Assembly (NCBI GenBank): GCA_028534125.1
Contig: CM052817.1
Coordinates: forward strand, 35,404,001-35,468,000
Length of the DNA: 64,000 bases
Direction: 5' to 3'
Source of the DNA: Lama glama
Lineage: Eukaryota
Shown here: positions 52,250-64,000 of the stretch, in pieces
Layout of the letters: each line of letters starts with the position of its first letter
How positions within the stretch are numbered: position 1 is the first letter of the stretch
Position numbers and translations under genes: made by a program
Notes under the pieces: generated by a model
Seen by the model: only the letters and a program-made list of their open reading frames with translations
Database searches by the model: none
Told to the model about the DNA's origin: nothing

Positions 52250-52680
52250 TGAGATAAAATGGTATCATACTAAACATAATTCTTCTGTGAATTGCTTTGT
52301 TCATCAACACATTTCCAAGATTCATCCATATTTCTGCATGTAGAGAAATTCATTGATATTTAGTGCTGCTTCCATGTAGTGAATATACTACCATTTGTTT
52401 AGGTCTTTGCCTGTCGGTGGATATTTGGGTTGTTTCCAGTGTTTTCCTATGATAAGTGTTGCGTCTCTGAACATTTTTGTATATGTCCTCTGAAGCACAT
52501 CTCAGATGGTTTCTTTAGAAGTGGAACTGGTCATAAGGAATGTGACTAGTAGCTTTACAATGTAATACCAATTTCTTTTCCAAAGTTTTGAACAAATCAT
52601 ACTCCCACCAGCAGTATATAGCGTTTCCTTTGCTCTATATCCTCATCAACACTTGTCAAACTTCTAAACTTTCCCCCAAA
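52250..52680 (-). mobile_element. Old L1M 3' fragment
   Basis: ggtggatatttgggttgtttccag..tactcccaccagcagtatatag..atcctcatcaacacttg. Confidence 0.75.
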
Positions 52681-55384
52681 TTGTTATATATTCTTTTTGT
52701 CTATGAATAATATCTAAACCTTCTTGAAGCTATTTATGTTTCCAGCCTACTCAACTTCTTGAGGCTAAAAGGTTCCATATGTTTACTATTTACTGGATAA
52801 AAGTATTTCCTGTTCCAGCTCAGAGGAGATTTGAGGTATTTTTGGAGAGTTTAGACTATCTCAAAGCTCGCTTGTTATTTCCACTGGTTACCAGGAACAA
52901 TATGACAGATGCATGGAAAACTAATTACGGTAGACCTTTTGTCTGTATAATGCTAAAAATGTTACTATCGTCCCTTCTACAGCGCTCCTGGGAGTCAGGA
53001 CTTGACTCTACATTTTAAAAAATATGTTAATCACATCAATTTATTCCTCCCTCCCCCAAAGCAAATATCAAAGTCTCCAAATGAAAACTACCGAGGTGTG
53101 TGTAAAATGACTGAATAAGGAAGAAAAAAGGATGTAGGGATAGACAGGAAGTGTAAAAGAGAGAGACTATTAGACTGTGGGCTCAAAACAGGATATAAAC
53201 ATGTGAAATCAAATAATGTGCTCAGTGTCTCGACCACAATACCGTGAGCATGGGGTGCCCAGCTCCTGTTCAAAGGCAGGTTGGTGTTAGCTCTTTTAGT
53301 TTCTCTCACAATCCTCTCTTAGAAATCAGAATGAAATTAGTCCTGTTTTGTAGTCGAGAAAGGCTAACTGGTCTACAGCATCAGAGGTAGGCTCAGACTT
53401 CTACCATTTATTCTGGCCACAGCAGTCAAGGCAGTTCATGATGTCATGAGCATTAAGATTGATGTATACTTCCAAACTGTCTTCCCCTATGCTCTATTGA
53501 TGTCAGAAATTCTAAGGGATCACTGAGTTGCCCATTTGGACCTTTGAGCTCTAATTTTAGTGAAGAAATGGGACTGGGGCAGCCAGGCCATTGCTGACCC
53601 ACTGTGGTCTCTCCAGCCTCCTTCCCTTAGCGCCTGCTGCAGCCCTCCTGAAGACCTCCTCAATCTCCTGGGGAAGTCCTAGGGTCTACTTGACACCAAG
53701 GCAACAGAGAGAATGGAAACGCCCCTTTCAAATTTGTTCTGAGCCCACATTTTGAGGTACAGATGAACTGGGAAGATTTATTCACGTTTGTCCAGTAAGA
53801 TCTGCGCTCTTAACTTCTGACCCAGTGTCACAGCCACAGGCACATGCAGAGCCACCAGCCAGCTCACAATGACAAGCACGCTGTTCTCATAGAACACGCT
53901 GCACTTAACTCTGTGGGGCAGGAAGACAGAGATGCCAACCAGTGCTTGAATTCAGACATTCCAGCTGGTCGCCAGTGACCATCCCATCCCAAGTACCTCT
54001 TATTCCCCAAGATTTGTCAGGCAAAGATGTTATCAAGGTTTGGTTTTCAATATTTCAGCCCTGCCCTTGGATGGCATATCTTTTAGTAGTTAAGCCAAGG
54101 CTTAAAAATATGAAGTGCCTTCTTCTAAGTGCTGCATATCGGATGCGTACTTCTTTCTGTGCTCTGTGTAGCTGCTAATTCAGCTTAGTGATTTCCAGGT
54201 CCTCCTCTTTTGATTTGCTTTCCTCTTGCCTTAGAAGCTCCTCTGTTTCAGGAAACCCAGCAGAATTAACAGCAAAATGAAATTTGAGTTAATGTAGTAA
54301 AAAGATCAAATAGAAATCCCGAGTTCTAATCATTTGAAACATCACTTTGCTGAGCCTCCATTTCTTTCACGTGGAAAGAGGACATAATAATACACACCCG
54401 AGTCGAGCTCGCAGCTCTGCTGTAAGGCTCATATGATATCATTTTAGGAGAACTGTTTCTAAAGTGTAAAGTGCTTGCTTATGGAAGCTACTATTGTTCT
54501 TTACATGACTGTGAGCAAGGTGTTCAGTAGGGTGTCTTCCGGGTGGTAAACTAGTAAGAATCACTTATAAGTGTCACTTTTTCTGGGCTTTAATCCCTTT
54601 TTAAAATCTTTCTGAAATGGTAAAGCACTATGGCTGAAATCAGAACCTTTAAAAAAAAATCAAATGCTGTATATGTTGCTTCATTGTAAAATGTATCACT
54701 GGCTGGAGCGTCTCAAGACCAACAGGGTGGGGGTGGGCTGGTTTTTTCATTAGCCCCTCTATGCATTGTACATTGATTTGAACTTAATTGTTGGTATTTT
54801 CACCAAAATACTAGTTTCTTTGCTCATTCCTCATCACCACTCCTCAACATCTACTTTTCTCTCATCTATTAATGTGGAAGCATTAATAGGACAGAAGATG
54901 AGCAGTGAGGAGGTCACTAACAAGCAGGAACAAACACTCTATGAATTGTTGAGTAGATTTTTTTCAGGCTGTCTTGGTTTGTGAGAATAATGACCAAATT
55001 GAAGTTGTTTTCAAATAACCTGTTTATGGCTTGTCTTCCCCAGCAAGTTATATGCTCTCCATGGCAGATATGTCATTTCTCATACATTTATATATCTCTA
55101 GCCTTCATTAGGAGTGCCTGACACTTAACCGGTGCTCATTGTATGTATGTTGAACTGAACTCAACCAGTTGCATCTGGCATGACTTGATTTAGGACATAA
55201 GTTAGGAAGACAGTGCTCTGTGTTTGCAACAACCAGGACCTGCCATGTTCAAAACCAAAACAGAACATTGGAAAAAATAACGTTCTAGCCTCCTAATATC
55301 TGTTGGTCTTCGCTGCCGCCAAAACACAGAGTTGATCCCTATTTTTGAATCGGGTACAGAAAGCTCACCTGTTCTAACAACAAC

Positions 55385-55630
55385 AGCAACATATTTCTTG
55401 AGTAATTGCTTTGCGCCAGGCACAGCCCTAAATGTCTTAGATGTATTAACTCATTTCATTCTTAAAGGAATAGTAACACTATGTGATAGGTACTCATACT
55501 GTCTCCATTTTACACACGTGTAAACTGATATCGATGGAAACCTTTCCCAAATCACAGATCAAGGGAGTGGCAGAGCAGGGATCAAAACCTAGAAAGCCCA
55601 TCTTCTGTATCCATTTTTTTAACCACTACA
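55385..55630 (-). mobile_element. MIR
   Basis: gccaggcacagccctaaatg..tattaactcattt..tccattttaca..agtggcagagcagggatcaaaacc..ttaaccactacact. Confidence 0.75.
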
Positions 55631-57439
55631 CTGCATTTCCTCTGTGTACTGAGTAGCTATGAAGAAAGAAGTGCCTTGGTAGGTGGTTGTGGAAAGAGGG
55701 GCCGTAAAGCTGAGTGGTGCACCTGGGACAGGACTGAGGTGGTGTCCTCCATCCGCTCTGGTGTCCTGGGGAGGCGGGGCTAGCCTGGGAGCAGTGCTTC
55801 CCTCCCTGGGACACGTTTCTCAACCTTGGTGACCAGACATAGCTCTGACCTAGCTAAATAGATTAGCTAGTGATTTCAGTTAATACCACCAGCACCAGCA
55901 GCCAGGTTGGCTTTCTTTTCCCACACACTTTTCTTTCATTGGTACAGACAAAATTGAAAGATGACATTATGTGAGTAATACTGTATACAGATGAGGAAAA
56001 GTTGCAGCATCAGATAGAATGGAATAGAAAGATTGGCTTCAACCAGACCAGCTGGATCTTATGACTAGTGCTGCTCCTTAACCTCTACATGTACAGAGTT
56101 TTGTTGACTTGATTAAGGAACGTCCTGAAACTATTGTTGGAACAAGTCCCTCAGCGGTCCAGCCTTTCTACAGCCACTTAGGGAAACTAGCAAGATATTA
56201 TGAAAAGAGCTATTGGAAGGGAGGGTGTCTGTGAATGACGTCCAGCAGTGAATTAATCATTAATTAACCCTGGACCTACAACTCTTTGTATGCACATTGA
56301 GTCCTTTTCACCGATAGCCCAGCTTATCATGTTCTAATCCAAAGATTGGTATGTGAAAACATGGAAAAACGGTGAAAGACAACAATGAAACCTTAGGCTT
56401 CTTTGGTGAGTAAGTGGAGCATTTAGTCTACCTCCTTAAAATACATGGGCAAATGATAGAGGGCAATCCCATTTCCATAATCTCCTTAGGGCAGATCTCC
56501 ATTTTGTAAACAGCTTCCTTTTCCAAAGGTCTATCTCCGCAATGATTGTTATGAATTCAGAAAACATTTTCTCCAGTAAAAACACTATAAATTGTGCATC
56601 AAAGCCCAGGCTAACTCACAAAAGGGAGGGTAACTGAATTGTTATATGTTTCTAATTGGAAAAAATATAGAAAGTAATTCTGTGGAAATATCCTTGTGAA
56701 ATATAGTAAGAAATCATTTATTCATTTTGAAAGCAAATGCTTAAAAAAAGTTGTTTTAATTAAAACTTGGCTTAATGAGATGAGGTTTTGGTGCAGATAC
56801 TAAAGGGGGTTTCAGGGAACTTTTGAGGCTATTAGAGGTTTGTAGCACAACTCTGATGTATTCCAAGTATTTAGAACAGTCCTGACACATTGTTAGGTGT
56901 GCAGTGAGTACTTATTGAACGTATGTTGATTGAACTCTATTTTCATTTCAAGAAGGATGACTTTTCTTTATCTTGCTGTAAAGGCATAATAATTAAAGCT
57001 GTATTTATTTGTCATAGATGAAATAAGGAGGGGGAAAGAGGAAGAAAAGAAGGGCATGTTGAGAAGTGTTGATGTGAAAAGTAGGTCATCTGAGAGATGA
57101 TTAATGATGTGAATGGTGAACGATAAAGAAAAAACCAGGAGTTACTTTGCATGGCCCTCTCCTCCTCACCTTCTACCCAGGGGACAAGGAAGAAGGAAGG
57201 GGATTGGCAAGATTTTGTACCTCGTGTTTCCTGAGTCAGCCTCTAAGTGGCGCTGTCAGGCAAGAACAGTTTCATTGCTGCCAGAGCTCTTTGTAGATGG
57301 GAAAAGAAAGAGAAGCAGAAATAAAGTTCTTTTCAGTAGCTAGCATGAGTTACAGAGGGAACATCTGTGCATCTTTAATAGATAAATTATATGTAGGGGA
57401 TACATGTTAGATCCTCATTAATAAGTGAAAATACTAGGC

Positions 57440-57745
57440 TGGTGTGGAATAATGAAAAGAGCACTGGGACTGGGCAAGGGGTCAGACCTGGATTTCAGCT
57501 TTCACTCCTCTGCTTAAAGTCATATGACCTTGGCTGAGGTTGGTTGGTTGGTTGGTTGATTTATTTATTTATTCATTTATTTATTTATTAACTTATTTGA
57601 AACTTAGTTCTCGTCTATGTAAAATGTGACTAAAAACACCCTTCCTTGCCTATTTACTTCAGTTGCAATCAGTGAGATTATTATGCTTGTGAAACAACTT
57701 GGAAAACTGTAAAATAACGTACACATTTCTGGGAGTGTTATGATT
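57440..57745 (+). mobile_element. MIR containing a compound (TTGG)n/(TTTA)n microsatellite at ~57539-57596
   Basis: gaaaagagcactgg..agacctggatt..tgaccttgg [simple repeats] ..tctatgtaaaatg. Confidence 0.7.
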
Positions 57746-58034
57746 ACTTCTTCATCCAGAAAAGTGAAGCTACTGAGCCCAAACCTCTGAGATCATTTCC
57801 CTTCTAAAATCGCAATGATCAGAATGGCCTGGGTTTCACTTTATCACATTAGTCCTCATCAACAGTTCACTGATGTCATTGACCTGAGAAAGGGGAGTAC
57901 AGTGGCCGGTTCTAGGCTGCACCCCTGATTTGCTGAACACTTGGTGATTAGTTTCTACTTCAGAGGACAACTGCGAAGCTCATGAAACATTTTGAACCAC
58001 GGTGCTGTTTAATATTCAGCCTATCTGTTAGATT

Positions 58035-58162
58035 ATCATGACCATATAATTTGTCATCCAATCTGGAACACCAGTGTAATGTAGGTGCTATGAATAATTC
58101 CATCAGAACAACCGGCTTATATCAGAAATGTCTCAGGCAGACCTAGACATCTGATCCCCTTA
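58035..58162. mobile_element. MER94-like hAT element (second copy at ~62737-62820)
   Basis: tgaccatataatttgtcatccaa.. and ggtgactatatagtttattg..gagaatgaaaggggacactattaataat. Confidence 0.55.
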
Positions 58163-59044
58163 TTATATGTAAAATGTTGAATTTCTCACTTGGGTGCGGG
58201 ATAGTAAAGTCCTGTTGAATTTAGGCACCTGAGCTGCTGTTATGGATTAGTGAAATGCAGGTCTGTCCGGACCTTAGAGGACAGAAACCTAACCGAAGTG
58301 TTGAACAGGAGGCTGCTTCTTGCTCTTAAGAAAGCATACTGTTGCAGCTCTGTGGTTAAAGATAAGAGGATATACTATAACTTCAAATTTGCTGATCTTT
58401 CACTTCTATTGCAGTTTGAATACGTAGAAAAGAGGTGTATCTAGTAGGGTGAATAGCCCTTGGACCTCTGCCTGCTTTGGGTATTGTTAGTATAGTGGTG
58501 TCAATGCTTAGTAATTGTGACTATCCATTACATCTCAAACAGAGTTTGGTCCTGTGATCAAATATAAACAAAAGAACAAGAATGGCTTGTACTAGAGATT
58601 TCCATGGAGCACAGCCACGTGGCCAGGGCTTTTCCAACCAGATAATACAGGAGGCGTGAGACTTGTGAATTAAGTTGGATCATCAAATCTCATCTTTAAA
58701 AATGTCTGATGCCCTAATATGCCAAGAAATTAGACAAATCGAGTTCTGTTATGGGGAGGGTCTCAATATTTCTAAAGAAAACCATTAAACATAAAGAGAA
58801 ATTTGCACTATTAAGCTTAGAAGCAAGTAACAAAGAGATCAACTTACTAAATAGTTTCTGGTGAGGAAAACTGGCACAAATAAGTCAAAATGGCAGACAA
58901 ATATTCTTTTTATGTTCTAGGGTATGTTATTAATTTTTGTCACCCATTTAGCTTCCTAATTATGTTTTATTTAGGAGAACATTAATTAGATTAATTAAGT
59001 CAGTAGTGAGATGTGTGTGTTTTTTGCATAGAAAAGGAGAAATG

Positions 59045-59351
59045 CTATACAAATGAACTTATTTACAAAACAAAAACAGAGTCACAGATGTGGAAAACAA
59101 ACTTATGGTTATCAAAAGGGAAAGGGGAGAGGGATAAATTAGGAGTTTAGGATTAACAGATACAAACTACTATATATAAAATAGATAAAGAACAAAGTCC
59201 TACTGTATAGCACAGGAAACTATATTCAATACCTTCTAATGAGCTGTAATGAGAAAGAATGTATATACATATATATATATAACTGAATCACTTTGCTGTA
59301 TACCTGAAACTAATACAACATTGTAAATCAACTATATGTCAGTAAAAAATA
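59045..59351 (+). mobile_element. L1 3' end with TSD
   Basis: tacaaatgaacttatttacaaaac..tatagcacaggaaactatattcaata..ttgtaaatcaactat. TSD agaaaaggagaaatg (59030-59044) / agaaaaggaggaatg (59352-59366). Confidence 0.9.
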
Positions 59352-60149
59352 AGAAAAGGAGGAATGGTCAGAAACTTAAATGTTGGTAATGCTGTTGATG
59401 GAAATCCGTCTGGTATTTTAAAAATCTAGTAGCAATAAACCATTTGGTCACTTTAGAATGTTAAGAGATTAGAGTTTCTTTCTGAAAATGTTTTCATTCT
59501 CAGGGCTTGAGTCTGAAAAGGGCTGTTCATTTGTAATTCTGAGAACATGTCATCATGATTTATTGTTTTCAAAAATGTATTCCAGGTTCTACGATGTTGC
59601 TGCCTAAGCCCTAACTGCCTAGTAAGGAATGGTAGTTAGGGACCTTCATGGATTGCACATGTGTGACCCATAGATGTTTAGGCTGCCCGTTCACAGTCCG
59701 TTGAAACCTGCCTAATAAAACGCATAACTTCCTCAGGTTGTTTGTGTGTTTTCCAAAAAGACTCTTTGATAGAATGGAATTATCTCTTTGCACAAATATA
59801 CTTGAATCAATCATTATTTTTTATGGTCCAACTACCATTCTGATTTTATGACTGTACTTTCAGTAGTGGATAAAATGACACACACCTGGTTCTTTGTAGA
59901 GCTCCAAATCCTGTCAAAGTCCAACCATGCATGCTGCTTGTTGCCATGATACTCAGTTACATGGGCCTTATTTCCTCCCCTCCCCAGCTGAGTGGTTTTT
60001 ATGAACAGGTGTTCAGCTAATGGGATAAACAGAGGACGTGCAGCTCTAGCCTACTCATTGCCATCATGAAATAACTGAAAATGACAGATACACCAGAAAG
60101 CTAGCTCTGAACCTACAGTAGATCATTCCTCTGAGCATCAGACGTCATA

Positions 60150-60395
60150 CTGCAGAAAGAGGCTGGATGGGGAGGCTCAGAAGATCTGCACTCTCCTTCC
60201 ACCAGAACCACTTAAATCTCCAAGTGACTTTGGACAACTCACTTAATTGCTTTGAACCTTTGTTTCTTCATCTACAATTGAAGCTACAGTCCTACTCCGC
60301 CTGTCTCACACGGCTGTTGTAGGATTCATTGAGATGGATTAAGTTTATGAATAGCACTATAAATTATAAACACTATAGAGATACAAGATACCATT
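60150..60395 (+). mobile_element. MIR (MIRb/c-like)
   Basis: gtgactttggacaactcacttaa..tttcttcatctac..ctcacacggctgttgtaggat. Confidence 0.65.
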
Positions 60396-60967
60396 ATTAA
60401 GGTTCTAATCCAGCTTTCCCGGTGATTCAGGGTATAATGTTGAGCAACTGAATGATATCAGGTTTTGCAATCATTAAAGCAGCCAAACATTGTAGAAACT
60501 TCACTCAACCTTATGCCTAACAAGATTTCTTAAAACATTTCATTTGCTTTGTCCACTAATACAGAGAAATGAAGTACTTCTAGAACTGACTAGCCCAAGT
60601 TTAAGAAAATGATATTGAGAGGGGAAAATTGCTGAAAATTATACTCTTTAAGTTCCAGAAAATTATTTCAGTTACTTATTAAAGGCTTAGTAAAGTCCTA
60701 AGGAACTCAGAGAAGCTTCTAAATGTTTGAAATACTAGACTAGAACTTGTGATATCATGTGTCTCCATTTCTTACAGACGATTTAATATTCCACATTGCT
60801 TAAAGAAAACATAAGCCATCTAGCCTACCCCTCTCCCTACCCCTGTCTCCCACCAACGAGATCTACAGGGTGGTTGAGTATACATACATATTAGGATATT
60901 CATTATGGCATCATTTGTGAGAACTGGAGGCAGAAGAAATGGTCAACATTACAGGATTATGGGTAAA

Positions 60968-61050
60968 ATCCCCAATACCTCCATTAAAAAATAAACTTCA
61001 TTACCTATCCCCCTCCAAAAAAAACCCAAAACAACAACAACAAAAAAAAA
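60968..61050 (+). mobile_element. 5'-truncated Vic-type SINE
   Basis: atccccaatacctccattaaaa..attacctatccccc + A-rich tail, colinear with the 3' part of the SINE at 20159. Confidence 0.7.
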
Positions 61051-64000
61051 CTAGAGGATTAGATAAGCTAATAGTGTATATAAATAGCAGACTATTAAAA
61101 AGGAGTTAGAATATAAATCAATAAATATATTTTTTAAAAAAGAAGTAAAATAAAATAAATTAAAAGGAGTTAGAAGTAATGCATTGGAAATATTAGAAGT
61201 ATAATCAGTCACAGAGGCAGATCATAAAAATATGGTGTTGAGTTCAAAGACAGAGCAAGAAAGACGGAGAGTGGGAGAGTAGAAGAAATAGAATGAGATG
61301 TAAAACGTAGGAAGGGTCTCGTGTGTACCACGAATTCAGGAATACGTTAACGTGAGCCTAAAGAAAAAAAACTTCAAAAATTAAAAGATTGTTGGACTGC
61401 CCTGCCTTTCAGAGCTTGCCTGTGTAATTCTGTCTAATGTATTTTTTGCATAATGAGGGAATACTTCATGCCTCACCTCATCCCCTTCATGCTCCAGCCG
61501 ATTCCAATCCTTGGGGTCCTTGGGCTTGGTTTTTTTCCCCCAAAGATCAAGGTGACTAGCCGGTCATTGACCTCCCTAACCATGCTCCATGCTTTTCAAC
61601 ACCAGCATCAAATGGCTTTCTGGCCTTCTCTTATCCAATTTAAATAACATCTGGTCCTTTTGCCACTCTTTACTGACTTGATCTTTTTTATTATTTAGTC
61701 ATCTAGGAGCTCTTTTGAGCTAGTTCAAAGGACTCTGCCCCCTTTTAAATTGTGGAACCCTGAATCGGGTACCATGCTAATGAAAGCGAGAGAGTCATGG
61801 CCTCCCCCTTTCTTCACTCCTGCTCTGTAAACCTCAGTTCTAGTCATCTCCAAAAGACGCTATTTTACTATCCACAAAGAGTGTAAAGAATATATAACAG
61901 AGTGATAGACATTTCTCGGCATAAATTATTGAATTAAAGTTTTTTATGAAACAGATTTCGCGCCTGGACCAGTAGACTAGAAGTTTGGAAAGGAGGGAGG
62001 GACTATAAGCCCTAGGGAGAGAGGATTATTTATGTAAATTTCCTCAGGGAGAAACCACACAGGAAGGAAATGGAAATACAGCAACAAAGACTAGACTATG
62101 TCATGCCCGTAAGAATTACAGGAAACTTCCATCGTGATCCATCCAGATCTAATGGCTGGAATGAGTACCGTTCATTTCCTGCTCCGTGTACACTAAGAGA
62201 TTAGAGCTCATCAATGCCTTACGATGTTTATGATTTTGTTTTGGTTTTTCCTTTAACATGTAAAGATAGAAACAGTTCATTCGGGAAAGATCTGACAAGA
62301 TTTTCATGTTTGGTCACATTTTATCAAAACCATTGAAAGTAAATTACAAGAAATTACATGAGGATGGGTAAAAATTAACTTCTCTCCTTTCAAAAGAGCT
62401 TCCATCACTACTCAAACAGGGCCGTAAGCTAACAAGAGCCTGAAGCAAATGCCAGAGTAACCTGACCTTGTGATGAACAATTCCTTGAACCCTCAGCATG
62501 CACATTGAACTTCTTTTTGGTGAGCCAATATAAACACACCAGCTCTCCGTCTGGGCAGGATGGATACAGTGCTTCCCACAGGGAACCTGAGTCACAGGGG
62601 GAGTGAGTAACTTGGCAGAGAGGCCAGAGGGAAGGCGTGGGGAGGCCTGGGTTCCAGAGTCAGCTCAGCACCAACTAATTTTAAGACACAGAGCAGCTCA
62701 CTTTATTCTCTTGTACCTTCATATACTGTGTTAATAGGTGACTATATAGTTTATTGCTCAAGGCCAGGTATGTTTGAGAATGAAAGGGGACACTATTAAT
62801 AATCCAATGGGACACCTGATATTCCGGCTTTTCCCGCTTGCTTTAGAATTCCATTACAGCTGAATTAGAGCTGAAAATAACCAGGGTTCCTGACCAGCAA
62901 GACTTGTACTCTGCTCCCTGGGCTAGGCTGTCTTCTGTCAGGACCAGTCTACACTGGAGTTCTGTGGAAGAGTGTTCACCGTATCACCTAAAGATCAATG
63001 AAGGCACTTTCCCAGCCAAAGAAACAAGGACAGCCTGACCTGCATCTGCTTGGTCAGGTTCTTACACACCCCAAACCCTACCTGTGTTCAGAATTAACAA
63101 CACTGGAACTCCAAATCCACATCAAGGTCATTGAAGGGCAGGGGCCAGCAAGAGAGCAGATGCATGCACCCCCTGTGTCAGGACAGTGTCTTTTATTTGC
63201 AGCCTCAGACGTGTTCTCCGCTGGCCCAAGGCTGGTGTGTGGTTCAAGGGCTGCCTTGGGATCCTCAGGTGTTGGTTTTTAATGGGCAGGCTGGTACTTC
63301 ATAAATCACTCCAGGCCACAGGCCACCCTTCTGCCAATAATTTCATCATCGCATAGCCCTGTTCACCATTCCCATTCACCTGGCTTTTTTAAAGTGGGAG
63401 GAAGCCATCAACTTCTAAAAATTAATCTGGGTTAGGTCATGACATAGCCTTAAAAATGTCCAAGTGAACTAAGCCATTCCACACTGAGAGAATTTGGAAG
63501 CAAAGATGAGGGGGAAATGTTCAAAGAAAAGTCATCCAAAGAAGGCAGAAACTCTGTCACTGTAAAACAAACCTATTTCATGAGCTGTGCGAACCTATCA
63601 CTTATCAAAAAAATTTTATTCTCTTTTGTGGAACTCTCAGTGGCCAGAAGAAGAAACATTCAGCCTCCAAACAGCAGCATTTTCAGTGTTGGGTGCTGCC
63701 CTGATGCCAACAGCCTAATCCTTCCCCCCAGATCTTGGGAACTTGGGTCCCCTGTCTCCTGGTCCCCTGGGGCTCAGGACAGCACTCACCCTCCCCTTCT
63801 GTCCTCGCTGCTGTTCTCACCAGTGAAGATTCTGTGCTGTTGGCTCCCTGCAGCCTGCAGACGCTGCATCCCTAGAGGGAGGCTGAGTTCACCCCTGACC
63901 ACACCCCTCTGCAGAGGCTGGACCAACCAAGTGCAGCTGCCACTTGCCAACATGAGCTGCAGTGATCTCAGCTTTCCAAATGGAAGATAGGGCTGTGAGG

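Noticed and set aside
63517..63990. 157-aa + strand ORF
   Set aside because: Ser/Pro/Cys-rich translation with no recognisable similarity; most likely chance.

Overview
Mammalian genomic DNA, most likely a camelid. This is inferred from repeated tRNA-Ala-derived SINEs of the Vic type and from the absence of recognisable Alu, B1, Bov-A or PRE1 elements. Two genes face each other tail-to-tail. On the + strand are the last three coding exons (5153-5284, 7446-7621, 8860-8974) and poly(A) signal of a THEG-repeat gene, identified as THEGL/SPMAP2L from its repeats and its position next to HOPX; a probable 25-nt micro-exon precedes them. On the - strand is the complete 73-aa HOPX coding sequence (47660-47517 and 41454-41377), with a CpG-island promoter and a ~0.7-kb 3' UTR. 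The rest is mostly L1, L2, MIR, MaLR/ERV LTR and MER-type DNA-transposon remnants, several with visible target-site duplications. The most interesting observation is a cassette exon in the HOPX intron (43422-43238). It resembles the alternative C-terminus of a human HOPX isoform but is out of frame from its best acceptor here, so it may act as a poison exon. No evidence of a wholly new gene system was seen, and almost all ORFs in the track are spurious. Repeat subfamily names come from recalled consensus sequences and repeat boundaries are approximate.
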